Of a stretch of DNA of 64,000 bases, positions 13,701-27,400 are shown one piece after another; position 1 is the stretch's first letter, and each line of letters begins with the position of its first letter. The stretch lies in NCBI GenBank assembly GCA_002633005.1, contig NMRA01000381.1:59057-123056 (forward strand). Reading direction: 5' to 3'. The position numbers and the translations under genes were made by a program. Source of the DNA: Phoronis australis. Its lineage: Eukaryota > Animalia > Phoronida. The notes under the pieces are model-generated. The model ran no database searches and was not told where the DNA came from. It saw only the letters and a list, made by a program, of their open reading frames with translations.

Positions 13701-16700
13701 TGCATAACTTATGCAGCAAATGATTTTCATAGCAAAACAAATCTAAACTTAATTACATCCCACAGAACATGGTGCTCCAATCCAGAATTTCCAGCACTCA
13801 ACACCATCTTTAATGTCAGAAGGCAAGACAGAGTGACCTTCTTAACTAAACTGCTGTCTGTTGAGTGGTGGTACTCGCTAATTACTTACAAGGGGCAGCC
13901 TACTAATGCAATGGAGTAATTACATATGGCAGACATAAGCAAGACAAACAAGGAGGAGAAAATAGCACAATTAAACGCCATCTTAATTTTTATCTGAAGG
14001 CAGCCAAATTGTTACCGACTTCACTCGTCCCACATAATTTAAAGAAATACTTATTAATGTGTGTATTTCTAAACTTTAATACTTTGTATATGTCAACAAG
14101 TAGTAGGGAATGAGAACAAAACTTTTTTGAGATTTGCCACCAAAGAAAACCAGTTGCACAGCTCCAGTGTAGATATTGAGAACTTTTCAACAAAACTGAT
14201 ACACCCAGATGGAGAATAATTAAAAAAACTGTTTCTAATTTGCTGACAGTGGAAATTGTCTAATACTGATGAAAAAAGGTTGAATTAGAAGTATTAGTTC
14301 TGTGGAGCATGCAATGGTTGTAGGTGAGACAACTGCGCAGTATCAGAGAAAATACATTTTTGAGTCCTCTGAAGTAAGAGATAGCTGTTACAGTATTGTT
14401 TTCCTAAATCAAATCAAATCATTCATTAAGTACACATAGCCACAGCCATAATATTAATGTATCAGAGTACCTCTTTATAGCTCTACAGGACAAAATTGCC
14501 TCTCACCGAAGGATGACTTTTTCATGACCTTACGAAAGGCTATCAATGAAGGGGACCTTTTCAGACAAAATTCTTACAAAGGGGTTCATGTGGGAAATTT
14601 TAAATTGACAAAATTCCTCCAGAGGGAGCTTCAAACACAGGATGCCAAGCTGTACCTTTTTCATAATATTTAGTTTTTCAGTTAGTTTTCTCTCGCACGA
14701 CAAAAAAATGCAAAACATTTCTTGGTAATCTACAAACAATGTATTTTTGAAGAAACAAAATATTTTGCAACAACAATTTGAGTGTTTCAACAACAAAAAG
14801 TACAAAAATAAGAGCACCATCATGGCCATCAGCTTTGATCTACTGTAGATCAACAACAGGCAATAGCCAGACAGATGGATCCCCGACACAAAACCAATTT
14901 GAGAACTACGCAGTAACTGTCACTGAACAGGCATTATTCAGTGGAAGTAACTGGTTCTTAATTTCAATCAAGGAACCACCTATCCGACTATTACCGATAG
15001 ACCAATAGTTTATTGAGTCATTGCAAATATGACCAGTTTGATCGCAATGGCTAGGAGACTAACATAGGCTTTAGTAGCTACTTGTATGAAAGCCACATTT
15101 GATAGCATTGTTAAAAAACAATATGAATGACTAGAAAACTAAACAAAACAAAGAATAATTCAATAAAAGTACATATACATCCCATTTAATGTAAAGTCTA
15201 ATTCCCTAAACTCATTTTACTAAACAGATCAATACTGGAATAAAAACTTACAGAAATTAGCAACGTTGCGTCCACATCTCACGGACTCCCGCTTGGCTTA
15301 ATTTCTGAAAGTTTTTATTCCAGTATTAGACTCAAATTTGATCTGTTTTCTCAACTGGATGTCTCACAATTTGCATGCTTTTATCATTTTACTAAAATAA
15401 AAAACAAAGCAATGACAGTTCACTCAGTGTTAAGTTTTCAATTTTTTGAGAGATGACAGAGACAAAAACGAGTGTGATGAGACCATTAAAGGAGACTGCC
15501 ACCCAAAATACAACCTATTTTGTATCAATTTAGATCGAGTAGTTCTACTGTACAAGAAAGACAACAAAACAGAAAGGGAAAGAATAGAATACAGTGAACT
15601 TAACAAAACAGTGAAAAAATGAAGAGAAATAGAGCCCGACGAAAAAGAACAAAGATGATAATGGACACAATTGAAAGAGAAAAAGGACCAAAAGAAATCT
15701 ACAAGCAAGGAAATAAAAAGAAGATATCAAAAATGCGAAACTCTAACGGAGAAATAACAAATAACAGAGAAGAAATACTCAAAATATGTGCCGATTTCTA
15801 CAAAATTTTATATGAGAAAACGATGAGTCCTCCAGAAAAGACAAGAACCAGGAATCTAGACACAGAACAAGTACCACCTTTCACTGAGGAGGAAGTAGAA
15901 CATACCCTCAGAAAGATGAAGAAAAGAAAAACACCAGGAAATGACTGATATTACAAGCGATATGATTTCGGCAGAAGGACAAGAAACAATCAAATACTTG
16001 ACAAAAGCATTCAATGTAATTCTAAGGACCCAAAACATCCCAGAATGCTGGAAAGAAGCAAAAACAATAATATCATTTAAAAAAGGAGACCGAAGTGAAC
16101 TATAGACCCATAAGCTTATTAGCCCATACATACAAACTATTCACAAGGCTATTACAAAATAGAATGGAGAAACAACTAGATGAAAATCAACTCCGAGAAG
16201 AAGCAGGATTTAGAAAGAGCTACTCAACAACAGACCATCTGCAAGCCCTTGGACAAACAATTGAAAAATGTAACGGATTTAACCTGCCACTGTGTGTTGG
16301 TTTCATAGATTATGAAAAAGCTTTTGATTCAATTGAACATTTTGCCATCATTGAATCCCTAAAAAACATCAACATAAATGAAACATATGTAAAACTGCTG
16401 CAAAATATATATACAGATGCCACTGCCAGAATACACGTCGACAACCACGTCTCTGAAAGATTCAACATAGAGAGAGGAGTTCGACAGGGAGACCCAATTT
16501 CACCTTATCTTCAGACCTTCAAAGGGGAGTAAACATAGACGGAGAACATCTAACAGACTTAAGATTTGCAGATGATGTTGCTTTGTGCACAGAAGACATA
16601 ACACAATTAGAAACAAATTTAAATATACTGAATGAAGAAAGCAACAATGTGGGATTAAAGATACACAAGGACAAGACAAAGTACATGACAAATTTTGAAA

Positions 16701-19265
16701 CAGATGAACAAGTAATGGTGGAAAACAAGATCATTGAAAAAGTCACACAATATAAATACCTGGGACAAACTATACAAATGGGAAACCGTATGACCAATGA
16801 AATACAAATCCGAATAAGAGCTGGATGGAGTTGCTTTGGAAAAAACAGAAAAATATTCCTAGATAAGAACATACCCATATCCCTGAAAAGAAAAGTATTT
16901 GACCAGTGCATCATCCCCACAATCACCTATGGATGGCAAACATGGACCTTAACAAAACAGACATTTGCCAAGCTAAGAACAACACAGAGAGCAATGGAGA
17001 GAAAATGCTTGGAATAAAATTACTAGACAGGATTCCACACACAGAGACAAGACAACAAACAAGAGTCATGGACATAGTCAAGACAATTCTGAAATTGAAA
17101 TGGAGGTGGGGCGGACACGTGGCCAGAGCACAGGACAACAGATGGACAAAAAGATGTATAGAGTGGCAACCCAGATATGGAAAGAGATCAAGAAGACAGC
17201 CCCAAGCCAGATGGAGAGATGACATCGTGAAAACGATAGGCACAACATGGATGAAAGCAGCAAGAGACAAAACAAGTTGGAAGGCATTGTCGGAGGGCGA
17301 CATCCTGCAGTGGATGGACAACGCCTAGATGAGATGAGATGAGATGAGTTCTACTCGATAACGGCATGTTCGGTTGCGTTACCTGACACCTGACGTCAGA
17401 CGGAAGTGTTGAAATTATCCAATGACGTCATAGGTTTCACACGCTGATACTATAGGTAATTCCAAAAACCATAATATTCAAGATCTTTCTGTACAAATAA
17501 TAGAAACACCCCAGTACCCCTCACAGACTCAAAAGAGAACAATATTCGATAGACAAGCTCAATACACAATAACCTCATGATTGTACATAAAAACTTGTTA
17601 AATTATATACTAATATCATACTTTGGACAAGCGGGAACGATGCACCGCAATATAGCGGCATTCACTCTGCAGACGAAGCACTGACGTTGCTGCGTCGTTT
17701 CTCAGCTTCCTCACAGGTTAACGCGACACCTCTCGGCAAGGTGAGGTCGACCGTATAAGAGACGATGTGGATATACACCGATTAAGACGGTAAGAAAGAC
17801 TAATTAAATCGGATGGCATTCTCCTTTAACACGGTTTGTAAAAAATACAACTTAAAAGCAATTAAAGCAGCTTTTGTTGTGAATATACTGAAGCTCAATA
17901 TCATGTACTTTATAAATTTGTACTTATCTATTAGTCAGAGTATCCAAAAAATGCATAAGCTTTAAGTTTTTCTTGAACATTCAGCTCATGGGTATCCATT
18001 GTTGTAAACTTATTTTGGAATTAAGTATCATAGACAATTGTTGTGTATATGGTGTGCATGAACTTGGCATCTTGCTTAATCTCAAGATCGCATATGCGTG
18101 AACTTGGAATACACAAGGAAACTTGACAAGTTCATTCAAATAATCATGCTCACCTTCAATTGACTGCATGGTAAAAATACATGTTTATAAAATAACACAA
18201 ATTTTATAATCAATCTTTCTTCAATTGGCGATCTTATTCACCAAACAATAATAACCATTCGCATATTCATCCGATTCTTTGGCACTAAATGAGAAAATGG
18301 GTGATCATGAGGCCAATGATTTCAAAAATTCTTTACACTGAACAAAAAAATGCACCTGATTGCCCAAACGAATATTCAATTCCAAGTTCACGCATATAAT
18401 GTGATCTTACGATTAAGCAAAATTCCAAGTTCACGCACAGCATATAGACCTCAGACCACTCTCAAGTGTGGGATCGCTTTGGTGATACTGACTCAAATGA
18501 GCAAGGTTTGTGTGACAACAGTGCCACCTTTGTGAGTAATTATTACCATGTAATTCAAAGATGGGAAGCTGTGGTTGAAGTAATTACAGTCCTGTTGGTA
18601 ATTTTACGGTAAAGAAGCTTGAAACAGACAAAGTTTGGTATTTATTCAAAGAAAAGAAGATTCAAATGTTTGCATGAGGGTTTTGTGTAAGCAAATTAGT
18701 CAAACCGGATCTCAGATTTAAAAGTGATTTGAGAACCAATTTCTCTCACTGTTCAATGGGAGTAACTGCTTCTCAAATCACTTTTAATCAGGGACCCACC
18801 TATCCAATTGTCTACTAGAACCAAATTTCCTTGGGCATATTATTATATGTACCAAAATGCACGTTTCTGTATTGGATCTGTCATCTGTGACAGCCGGTCT
18901 CCATCCCCCCCCCCACAGATTAAATGTGACTGCAGAATCAAGACTGAGTGAAGGGCCGTTACTCAATTTACCTGATAGATGGATATGTTCAATATTTCAG
19001 TGCTTTCCCATTTCTTGAGACCTGGGTTGACAACAAGTTCAGCCAATTCCACCCCACTGGTGGGAGGGTCCTGAGGACTGGGCGTTGGCAGTCCGCTTAT
19101 TTCAGCGACGGCACTCCATTTCGCACGACCGTCATTAGCCCCTTCATTATCGACTCCACTTTCGTCCTTCGGCAGTAGTTGTTTCTCTTGTACATCGCCA
19201 CCGTTGCTGTGGTCATCTTGATCGGGAAGATTAAACCCAACACTCACGCGTGTTACATGCGACAT
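4779..19265 (-). CDS. TRPA1: TRPA1-like transient receptor potential channel, N-terminal ankyrin-repeat region (partial; continues beyond window start)
   Basis: Phase-consistent GT-AG exons: 19265-18972 (MSHVTRV...WESTEILNISIYQ; the frame is open upstream to 19583), 13309-13150 (AARDGD...NGLSALHYAARYDN...LLEKGA), 11735-11611 (DANNLGEDDATPLHFAARY), 7171-6968 (GANINARDAYECTPLHFAAMRGN...IKIE), 5091-4779 (AVDKQQTTALHMAA...STPLHLAAAEG...DGWVTISRMVTDQDTDKSTALHLAVENSH). The repeat series resembles invertebrate TRPA1 N-termini; the transmembrane region is not in the window, so the symbol is inferred from the ankyrins. Confidence 0.8.
5149..6413 (+). mobile_element. Helentron-like (HINE/DINE-1-type) non-autonomous element, copy 2, with tandem ~145-bp subunits
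   Basis: Starts AACAAGAG..GTTGAAATGCGCCCACG and ends CAGACGGACGG..ATGCGTCCACATAT-AA-ATATGTGGGCACAT-AAAA (hairpin 6379-6408). A-rich flanks, no TSD, eight internal subunits. Confidence 0.75.
11123..11246. repeat. Tandem duplication, ~58-bp unit
   Basis: TTTGCAGCACCCGTAGGAAACTGGAATACAGCCAGGGACTGGT(G/A)CATAGCAGACTGTA x2. Confidence 0.85.
11987..12089. repeat. Palindromic MITE-like element
   Basis: Core GCCTCTTTTTAGGTTT-AAAACCTAGAAAGAGGC with outer TATTCAC/GTGAATA arms. Confidence 0.55.
15231..15327. repeat. Short inverted repeat (MITE-like)
   Basis: AATACTGGAATAAAAACTTACAGAAATTA / TAATTTCTGAAAGTTTTTATTCCAGTATT. Confidence 0.65.
15490..17825. mobile_element. Non-autonomous Kolobok-type DNA transposon (host of the RTE insertion)
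   Basis: TTAA|AGGAGACTGCCACCC ... GGATGGCATTCTCCT|TTAA: imperfect TIR, AG..CT termini and TTAA TSD. Both ends align with the 41962-43992 element. Confidence 0.8.
15550..17346 (+). mobile_element. 5'-truncated, frameshifted RTE-clade non-LTR retrotransposon
   Basis: RT motifs NYRPISLL, FIDYEKAFDSI, GVRQGDPISP, LRFADD and C-terminal LKWRWGGHVAR..RWTK..WQPR; (GATGA)n tail; TSD AGTTCTACT at 15541-15549 and 17347-17355. Confidence 0.95.
18045..18447. mobile_element. MITE-like element with ~65-bp imperfect inverted arms
   Basis: GTGCATGAACTTGGCATCTTGCTTAATC..GCGTGAACTTGGAAT versus ATTCCAAGTTCACGC..GATTAAGCAAAATTCCAAGTTCACGCAC. Confidence 0.65.
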
Positions 19266-21989
19266 GGTTTCTTCCTTATCACTTACATCAACCGGAGTTA
19301 TTGCCCTCACGGTAGCTGCGTCCGATTCCGGTGTCGAAATTCTACCATGAAGGCGAGAGTTTCTGCTTCTCCGTAAATCTTCTTCGCTCGTTGTGTCCGT
19401 GGGAACGAACCTAAGTGAACTTACACTAGGCCTATTACCATCTCGAACTGTCTCTGCCTCTGGTCTGATAAAATCATCTGTGCTTTCGTTATAAGCATTA
19501 CTTTTCTCAGTGCTTAAAGTATATTTTCCAGCGCATCCGGTATCCAGGGTGAAAAGATAGGCAATAAACCCCTCAAGGAGCACTGCCGACAGTCAACAAT
19601 GAGATAAACTAACTCAGCGAAGGTATTTCGACACACCTTGGTAGGTAGTGTTTGAGCGCGTGACCTACATCTACTGTTTGTCAAGTGGTTTATCGGAACG
19701 GCGCGCCCTAGTGTTGAAAACATGAAACCAATTTCTCGCAAAGATGTCTTATAATCTATGCCGGTGCACAACTACGACCAGAAACTTTGTTCAGGGGCCT
19801 TATCGGCAAGTCTGTATATTCAGTCAAACGCATAAATATAGATTTTAATTCAGTAAAAGTATACATTTACAGAAAATGGAAAGCTTATAATATTTGATTT
19901 TTTACCTACCTGCCATTACTAAATTGGGTCTTTTTAGTAAAAATTAGCAAAAGAAGTATGTTCGTAGTAAAGCAATGGTAGCAATAATATGACCAAATTT
20001 CATTTGATATAGGTGTACAAGGTGTAATTTCAAAACTCCTGTAACATTTTTCTAAATTACCATTTCGTTTTCCTTTTATGAAACTGTTTGCATTTTTGGC
20101 TTGAAAATCATAAAAGTCATATTTTTGATAGCACCCTTTGCGAAACTGGAACATTTTAAAAACAATTCTTAACAATGTTTGAAGAACAGTGCATAAAAAC
20201 ACAGTTATTCTCTGAAAGTTTCATAAAATCTGTTCTGCCATGATGCTCCGAAGTTAACCAAATTTGTATATTTTTCTGGGGTCGTGCTTTAATAAGGTAA
20301 TGTAGGACCCCAGAAAAATATCCAAAATTCGGATTGTTTTTAAAATGTTCGTATTAAAATACGTCGGCTTATACACGTGAAAACCAACATTAGCCCTAAT
20401 GGCCTATTTTTCGACCACCGTAAATAAAAATATAACATATAACAAAATAGGATTAACAAATGAGACTAGATCTAAAGTTTGAAATATAAACAAAATAAAA
20501 TATTACTTATGTAGTGTAGAGATAGAAAGTTAAAGATCAAAATAGTATACAAATCCTACATTGGCAAGAACATTTGTACAGAAAAATTGTATACAACACT
20601 AAAGATTATTAGCAAAGGGTACAATAACATTTACATTGTGCTCTAGCCTAGGTCTGCAGCATTCTATGAAATGCACTGAAAAAATCCGTGACTGATGGGA
20701 TTGCAGACTGTGGTTCCAGGCCAGCGCCGGTGGCTGAACGACGAAATGACGAATTTTCTGTTGTGACTTTAGATGCATCAAGCACATTCATGTAATGAAT
20801 GGGGTATTTATCTTCTGAATGAGCTCGTTGAGATATTTAAGGAATCTGTCACATAAGATATTATTAACTTCAGGGCCATAGTTTGTATGCGTCGTAAATG
20901 TCGTGATTGTACTGACGTGAGATATCTAACAACTAATTATAAAAACACTATAGTCTTTATAGACAAATCTGAAGACAAATTTTCAAGTGTGACTGAGCTT
21001 TCTTTTGTACAGAAGTGCCAAGATAACGGGCAATAGTCAAAGTTATTGATTATAAATACAAGAAATGTGGTAGTGTTTGCTATTTATATTCATATTTATA
21101 TCGTCGTTTTGAAATATTAGTTGCTTTAGGAGAGGCTAGATGTGTGGTCATTCAAGTTCAGAAGGATTCCTGTTTGAACATTCAGTCAGTTTTGCTTTTT
21201 ATCTTTGCGATCTCGATGTCACATTTCACCCGTATCGAGATGTTTGAACAGAAATCTGCCATTTTTCCTACACAATTGTTCGGGGAAGGGGTTGTCGGTG
21301 GAAAACCGCGCATGGAAGTGCATTGTCGTCAGCGTAATTATACAGGGTGAAGAGAACGGTGAAATAGAAAATGTCGTTAATAAATATGTTGAAAGGGGAT
21401 TTCGTTTATGCAACTTTCGAGTTCTTTCATGAAAGTCGTAAAAGTCTTATTTTCTTTGCTGAATTGGAAATTTTAAAAACAATTCTTAGCAGTATTTTGA
21501 AGAAGAGATCATAAAGCATCAGTGAATCCGAGTAGCCGTTTTTGATTTCCAGGTGCGTGGTAAAATGAATGCCAACAGTTTAACTGGCTGAAACGTAAAC
21601 GCTAGCGTTACGCCTAACAGACGAGATGCCGGCGAAGGGGTCATTTTCCCCTGTAGTTTGTTTTTTTCTTCACCACCCGAATCGCTTTTAAACCCGAGTT
21701 GAAAAACACTCACTCTCAACTTTCACTAGGATTCAAACTGCCTGGTGTGTTTTGTAGTCCCAAGCCATCGCGTCAATAAAACAAAGATCTGTTATCTCTG
21801 CACATGTGTTTTGTTAAGTAAACGATCTCATACCTGAAGGACTTTCGAAATCATTCCCGAAAACTAGCCCGCCGAATAATGTTGTGCAATTATTGCTAGC
21901 AGCGAAAATGAGGACGTTTAGATGTTTTTTTTTTTTAATTTAATTCCATCTTAAGATGCGTGAAAAATGCTATCCGAAAAAGTTTCTCG

Positions 21990-22320
21990 TAGGCGACTTT
22001 CAACACGCTCAATGTTGTAGAAGATGAACTTCATTTTGTGTGTCATTGTAGCTTACGTCATGACTTCAGTAATAAGGCCAACAACTTGCATTACTGACAC
22101 TTTTTTTGAATTTCTGATGTAGATATTTAACCTTATTTTTTATTAATTTGTTCAAGGAGCTTCTTTTTTTGTTTATTAAGCATTTTTAAACGCAAGGGGC
22201 GTTTATATACTATTATGTAATCAGCGACTTATAAGCCCAATGGGCTGGGTGTGATTCCAAATTCTGAATTAATTGTTTAAATTTAAACACGTCATTTTAA
22301 TAAACAAGTAAACTACTGTT
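21990..22320 (+). mobile_element. Short LINE 3' end remnant
   Basis: NVVEDELHFVCHCSL knuckle motif, followed by a GCCCAATGGGC hairpin and AATAAA. Confidence 0.55.
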
Positions 22321-23992
22321 GTTGTTGCTGCGGCTGAAAAGCTGGCGTATGAACAGAACGTTGGAAATATACACGAATCTCAAAATGGCAACTTTTTATT
22401 TCAGTGGTCATGAAATAAAGTTCAGATTGCTGTTTTTCAAACCAGTATTTTGTAAAAGATAAAACAGGTTATTTATATGAAAATATAACCTATGCCAAAC
22501 ATTACAGCGTGTTCCTGAGACTAGATGAGATTTTTCTACTGTTAACTTGTAGTGGCACCTGTCTTGGTTTAACCACCTCATATCCAGTCTACGTAGTGTT
22601 TGCGTATGTTTGATATAGAGATATAGCTAGTTTTTTTATTTGTTTGTTTGTTTCTCTGTGTTTTGCTACATAGTTGCACACCTGAAGAAAGGAGATTGTT
22701 TCGACACTACGAGTGACTCTGTATCGATAAGCTGTCAAACAAAGTTTTGTCGTGTTTTCAACGAAGTTTGATATAGAAAAATAATTCTGCTAACCAGTAA
22801 AGTCTACTGGTTGCCCAGATTCAGCCAATCATGGTTTGAACCAATATCACAAGTGCACAGCTCTTTTTAGGGTTTACAGATGAGATGCGAGTCTAAACAT
22901 GGCGACACTCTGCAATGAATAGTGGCAGACGCAAAATTAAAATGAATTTAGATTAAGGCGCGGTGTTTTTTGCAATGCACCGAGGGGGGGGGGGGTTGGG
23001 GAGGAGGTGCATACCCACGGTGTGCCCCCTGTGGCTATACAAGTGCAAGAAGCACTACTGAGCCTAATTATCCCACTTTCTCAATTGCTTCATTTGAACA
23101 ACAAAAAATAAACATTTTTACTAAGCTGCACAGCAGGCATAGTTTGGATCTTGAGATAAAAAAGTCTCACAGTGCTGCACAAGACATGGGTGTAACTTCC
23201 AATTCACCTGAGCATGCCAATTCTGTTGCGCTGGAAAAACTAGGGTGTAAAATGTCAAACTTTATTTCTAACATCATTCCAAAGAGACCAGACAAAACTA
23301 ACACAACCAGTTACATACCAATTAGTACAGAATTAGGATAAACAAATAAATTACGACACACATAACTATATTATAAACTAAAACTAAGAAATTCATACTA
23401 ATTTTTCACCTTGTCCAGTATAAAATCTGAAAAGATCCACTATCCTTGTACTTATTTTTCTTCTATTAAACACACAATGTGACTGACACAGAACTTACTT
23501 TTGTTAATTTTGTCAACAAAAATGAATATTAAAGAAATTCTATTTCATTAATAACAAAGTAATGTACAGATACCTTAAAGGCAACACTGAATTTTGCATT
23601 ATTCATGGCAGTGAAAGAATCCATAGATGACTTTTTGTCAAGAGCTGTTCCAATGAAATAGGTATGGGAGGGGGGGGGGCACTGGGCTAATGAAATCAAA
23701 TATCAAGGGTTGTTGTGCTGTGCATAAATAAAAAATACCAATTTTGTTCTTTTAATAATGTATGCATTACTGGATGATGGTATTTTTAACCACAAAATTA
23801 TCCCTCTAGGTATCATCACCACCAATAAAGTTCATGCCCACCAAACAAAATTCGACTCATATACAACTAATTCACACTGCTACAACCTATTTCACAACAG
23901 CTAACCCTAAATGAGTCAATACCAAAAACCACAAACATGTTAACTTCTATGAGTAGCTTCTTGTGTTTGAGGACTGAGGATGAGGACAGGTG

Positions 23993-24227
23993 GTAACAAC
24001 AATGCCTTAACATACAGTGTTGTAACAACAATGCCTTAACATACAGTGTTGTAACAACAATGTCTTAACATACTGTGTTGTAACAACAATGCCTTAACAT
24101 ACTGTGTTGTAACAACAATGTCTTAACATACAGTGTTGTAACAACAACGCCTTAACATACAGTGTTGTAACAACAATGCCTTAACATACAGTGTTGTAAC
24201 AACAATGTCTTAACATACTGTGTTGTA
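23993..24227. repeat. 29-bp minisatellite x8
   Basis: GTAACAACAATG(C/T)CTTAACATAC(A/T)GTGTT. Confidence 0.95.
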
Positions 24228-24305
24228 AAAATGAGAATTAGTGAGTTTAAGGGTACCTGTGCTATTCTGTATCTTCAGACAAAGATACAGATCTCTGCGT
24301 GTAAA

Positions 24306-24311
24306 TTTATT
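24306..24311 (-). other. Candidate polyadenylation signal of the PLEKHM1-like gene
   Basis: AATAAA on the minus strand ~140 nt after the stop at 24449. Confidence 0.4.
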
Positions 24312-24448
24312 TATAACAACCATACTGCATAGTTTCACTTTTTGTGCACCAAAACATTCATATATTGACAGAATTGTGGATATAGCGAACAGAGCTTGAT
24401 GACAAGCTAATAATGTTTCAGTTCTGTCACAGTTGTAGTAGTCTTCTG

Positions 24449-27400
24449 TCAGCCTTCTGGCATAAAAGCATAGTCAACAATCTCCGGGGCGATGGCCAAT
24501 CTTTGCTGGAGCCTTTTACATTTAGGACAAGAGGTCGAGTCCTTCTTGCACGGTTTGTGGAACACCGACTTACATTTTGAACACTGAAATAAAGACAACA
24601 TTCATTAATGCTCCATAGTGCATTCCTGGTGTAGACCTTCACAGTAGAACTACAACTTTTCACAGTGGGTTTAATACATCCAATCCAATTGTTACATTAA
24701 AACTAGGTTCGGACACAATATGGGAGGCAAGTGAAACCTTATCTTATTTATTTGTACCAAAGTCATGCTTTACCATTCTCACACTCAGTACCACAGCAGC
24801 CACCAGACAATACCTTGAAAAATTAAGGGTATTCACAACTGCTATATTTTTGTCCAAAATTGGTGAAATTTGAAAGAACATGTTTCATCAATCAAGGGAT
24901 AACAAAATCTTTTATGATATATCCAGAAAGCACCTCAAAAATCCAAACCGAGACATTACAGCTGGAGACACAGCGACAACCTTAATCACATTATTCTCCC
25001 AACAAATTGCAATTGACCGAGTTTTTGAAGTTTGAAAATCAAACAAGAAATGTGACTAAAACTAGAAATTAGTCCACAGTCAGAATTCTGCTTTTAATCA
25101 TCAATTCTGCTGGGTGAGAAACATACTGAGGCATTTACCAAAGGCAGATGGAAATTCAGGAAAGCCAAGTAAAATTCTAGACATGCCGAATAACCCTGAC
25201 AAATGAAACCAGAGAGAAGGGCAAACTGGAAAGTGGCTTACACTGCCCTATTGATGTCCAACACCCTTGTGCCAAATTTCATCAAAACCTAGTCAGAGGA
25301 TTTACATTTTCAGCTGACAGCCGACCAATCAGACAACAGTACAGGCTGACCAATCAGACCACAGGACAGGCTGACAACAATATGTACTCATGTGAATGTA
25401 GGTGCAACAAAATTATGTACAAGTGTAATTACACCACTTTACCTGTGTTGTGGAATCCATTTCAAATGGATAGATTACTTTTGGTGAATCACAAATCTCA
25501 CATATAAACCCCTTCTGTCGACAGAGACTGCAGTCATACACATGTCGCGATGCGTACTTTACAATTTTATGCAGGTGATCAGTCAGCTGACCAGAGTGTA
25601 CATGTAACAGGTCCTGTAAAAAATAGATTGGTTAAACAAGTTAAAATGTATATAATTATATATTAAACACTTTTGACACTGTTTGGCACACCTGGATGCA
25701 GTGCCGTTTTACTCCTTAGAACAGATGCTCATGGCCACACCCACCTAAATAGAAATCCAGCACAACAGCAATTTTTGTTTAAAAGTTTTCTATGTTCTTC
25801 AGAACACTTTCAGAGTATACAGTGCATCAATCTCAACCTATCGCTGAATGTGTGACTTTCATCTTGAATGATTTTCTGTAGAAGTATCCCCAATGAATCA
25901 CACAACATCCATTACAAAAAAATGAGACATTTATCAATAGTTACACATTTCTATAAATTATGCAAATTGGGATGTAGTCTTGTATTCACAGCACAGAAAA
26001 ATGAGATCAAAATTGCTTGCTTATTAGCAGACCCCATAACTTTCACACAACCTACACAATTCCACTGAGACTTGTAAGTTATCAATAACATAAATTATAC
26101 TAACTGATAATGAGTACAGTCGCACATCTTCAAACAAGTACTCCTTAGGCCAAATTTTCTTCCTGAACTCATCTGCCACTGGTTGGCTACAGGTGAACAG
26201 GTAAGCCTTGAGAAAACGCAACTGTTGACGCAGCACCTGCAGAACAAAAGGGTTATCTTTATACTCCTGTTGCAGTGATATCACAACACAAAATATCTTA
26301 GTAATGCAGTGATATTACAACACAAAATATCTTAGTAATGCAATGATATTACAACACAAAATATCTTAGTAATGCAGTGATATGACAACACAAAATATCT
26401 TAGTAATGCAGTGATATTACAACATAAAATATCTTACACTGACATCATAAACAGAATCTTGTTCAGAATGGATAAAGGAATAATTGATAATACCATGCTT
26501 TGCAGTCACACAACCCTGGTTTTCATGCAAAACAATGGACAAATGTCATTTGGTTAAATTAAAACGATCACAAGTTGTGTGTAAACATGTCCAGCATGCA
26601 CACGCTAATGTCCGCGCAAAAGACCTGTATTGAAAGTCAGCGAATATTTTAGCCTTTGAAAACCCACATTTTAAGCAGCAGCGTGATAAAGAGAACTGTA
26701 ATGGCTAGATGGAGGTCTGCATTTACCAAGTGGTTTATATTTTACAGTTATTTAAAGACAAACTTGACGTCAGAAACCATATAACATAAAAAACTTTCAA
26801 GTTCGGTGACCTACTGGTGGCGTAGTGGTAAAGTGGTGGCATGCAAACAGAAAGATCCAGCGAATGAATCACAATGAGATATGCATTGCTACACAAAATT
26901 TTTTAAAGGGAATCAAAATGGCATAACATCACCATAGCAACAACCAATTAAGCAAGGTAAGAATAGGCAATATGGAAATTACTGACTCCGACATTTTGAC
27001 CACTGATGAGTTTATTACTTCTTAATCCGTTCAAATCGTACAACATTCTGCAATGGTCATCATTTAGTTACAGCATATGAATCAAAATTTCGCACCTTAC
27101 AAGAGGAGTGATGTAATCAGAAAAATTTCCTCACATTGGATATCGCACAAAATTTTTGACAGATGTTATCTAAACTAAGAACATCCTTCATACCCAAGAA
27201 CAAAAAAGAACTCAATGACATACCCGAACTTCTTCCATTTCAGGTACATGACTGTAAAGACGAACATTGAATTTGTCAACATCTATCACGGGTTCATGTT
27301 GAATTTTGACCAGAAACTCTTTGCAAGTAACAGACACTGTAATAGAAATAAGTTGATAATTGCAACAGAACAGGCTTGCGTAAGAAGTAACCAGGTGTGT

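Noticed and set aside
23993-24227. 29-bp direct repeats resembling a CRISPR array
   Set aside because: Head-to-tail units with no unique spacers, no cas genes, eukaryotic context.
26800-26870. tRNA-like GGTGGCGTAGTGGTAAAG A-box
   Set aside because: No B-box or cloverleaf follows; at most a decayed SINE head.
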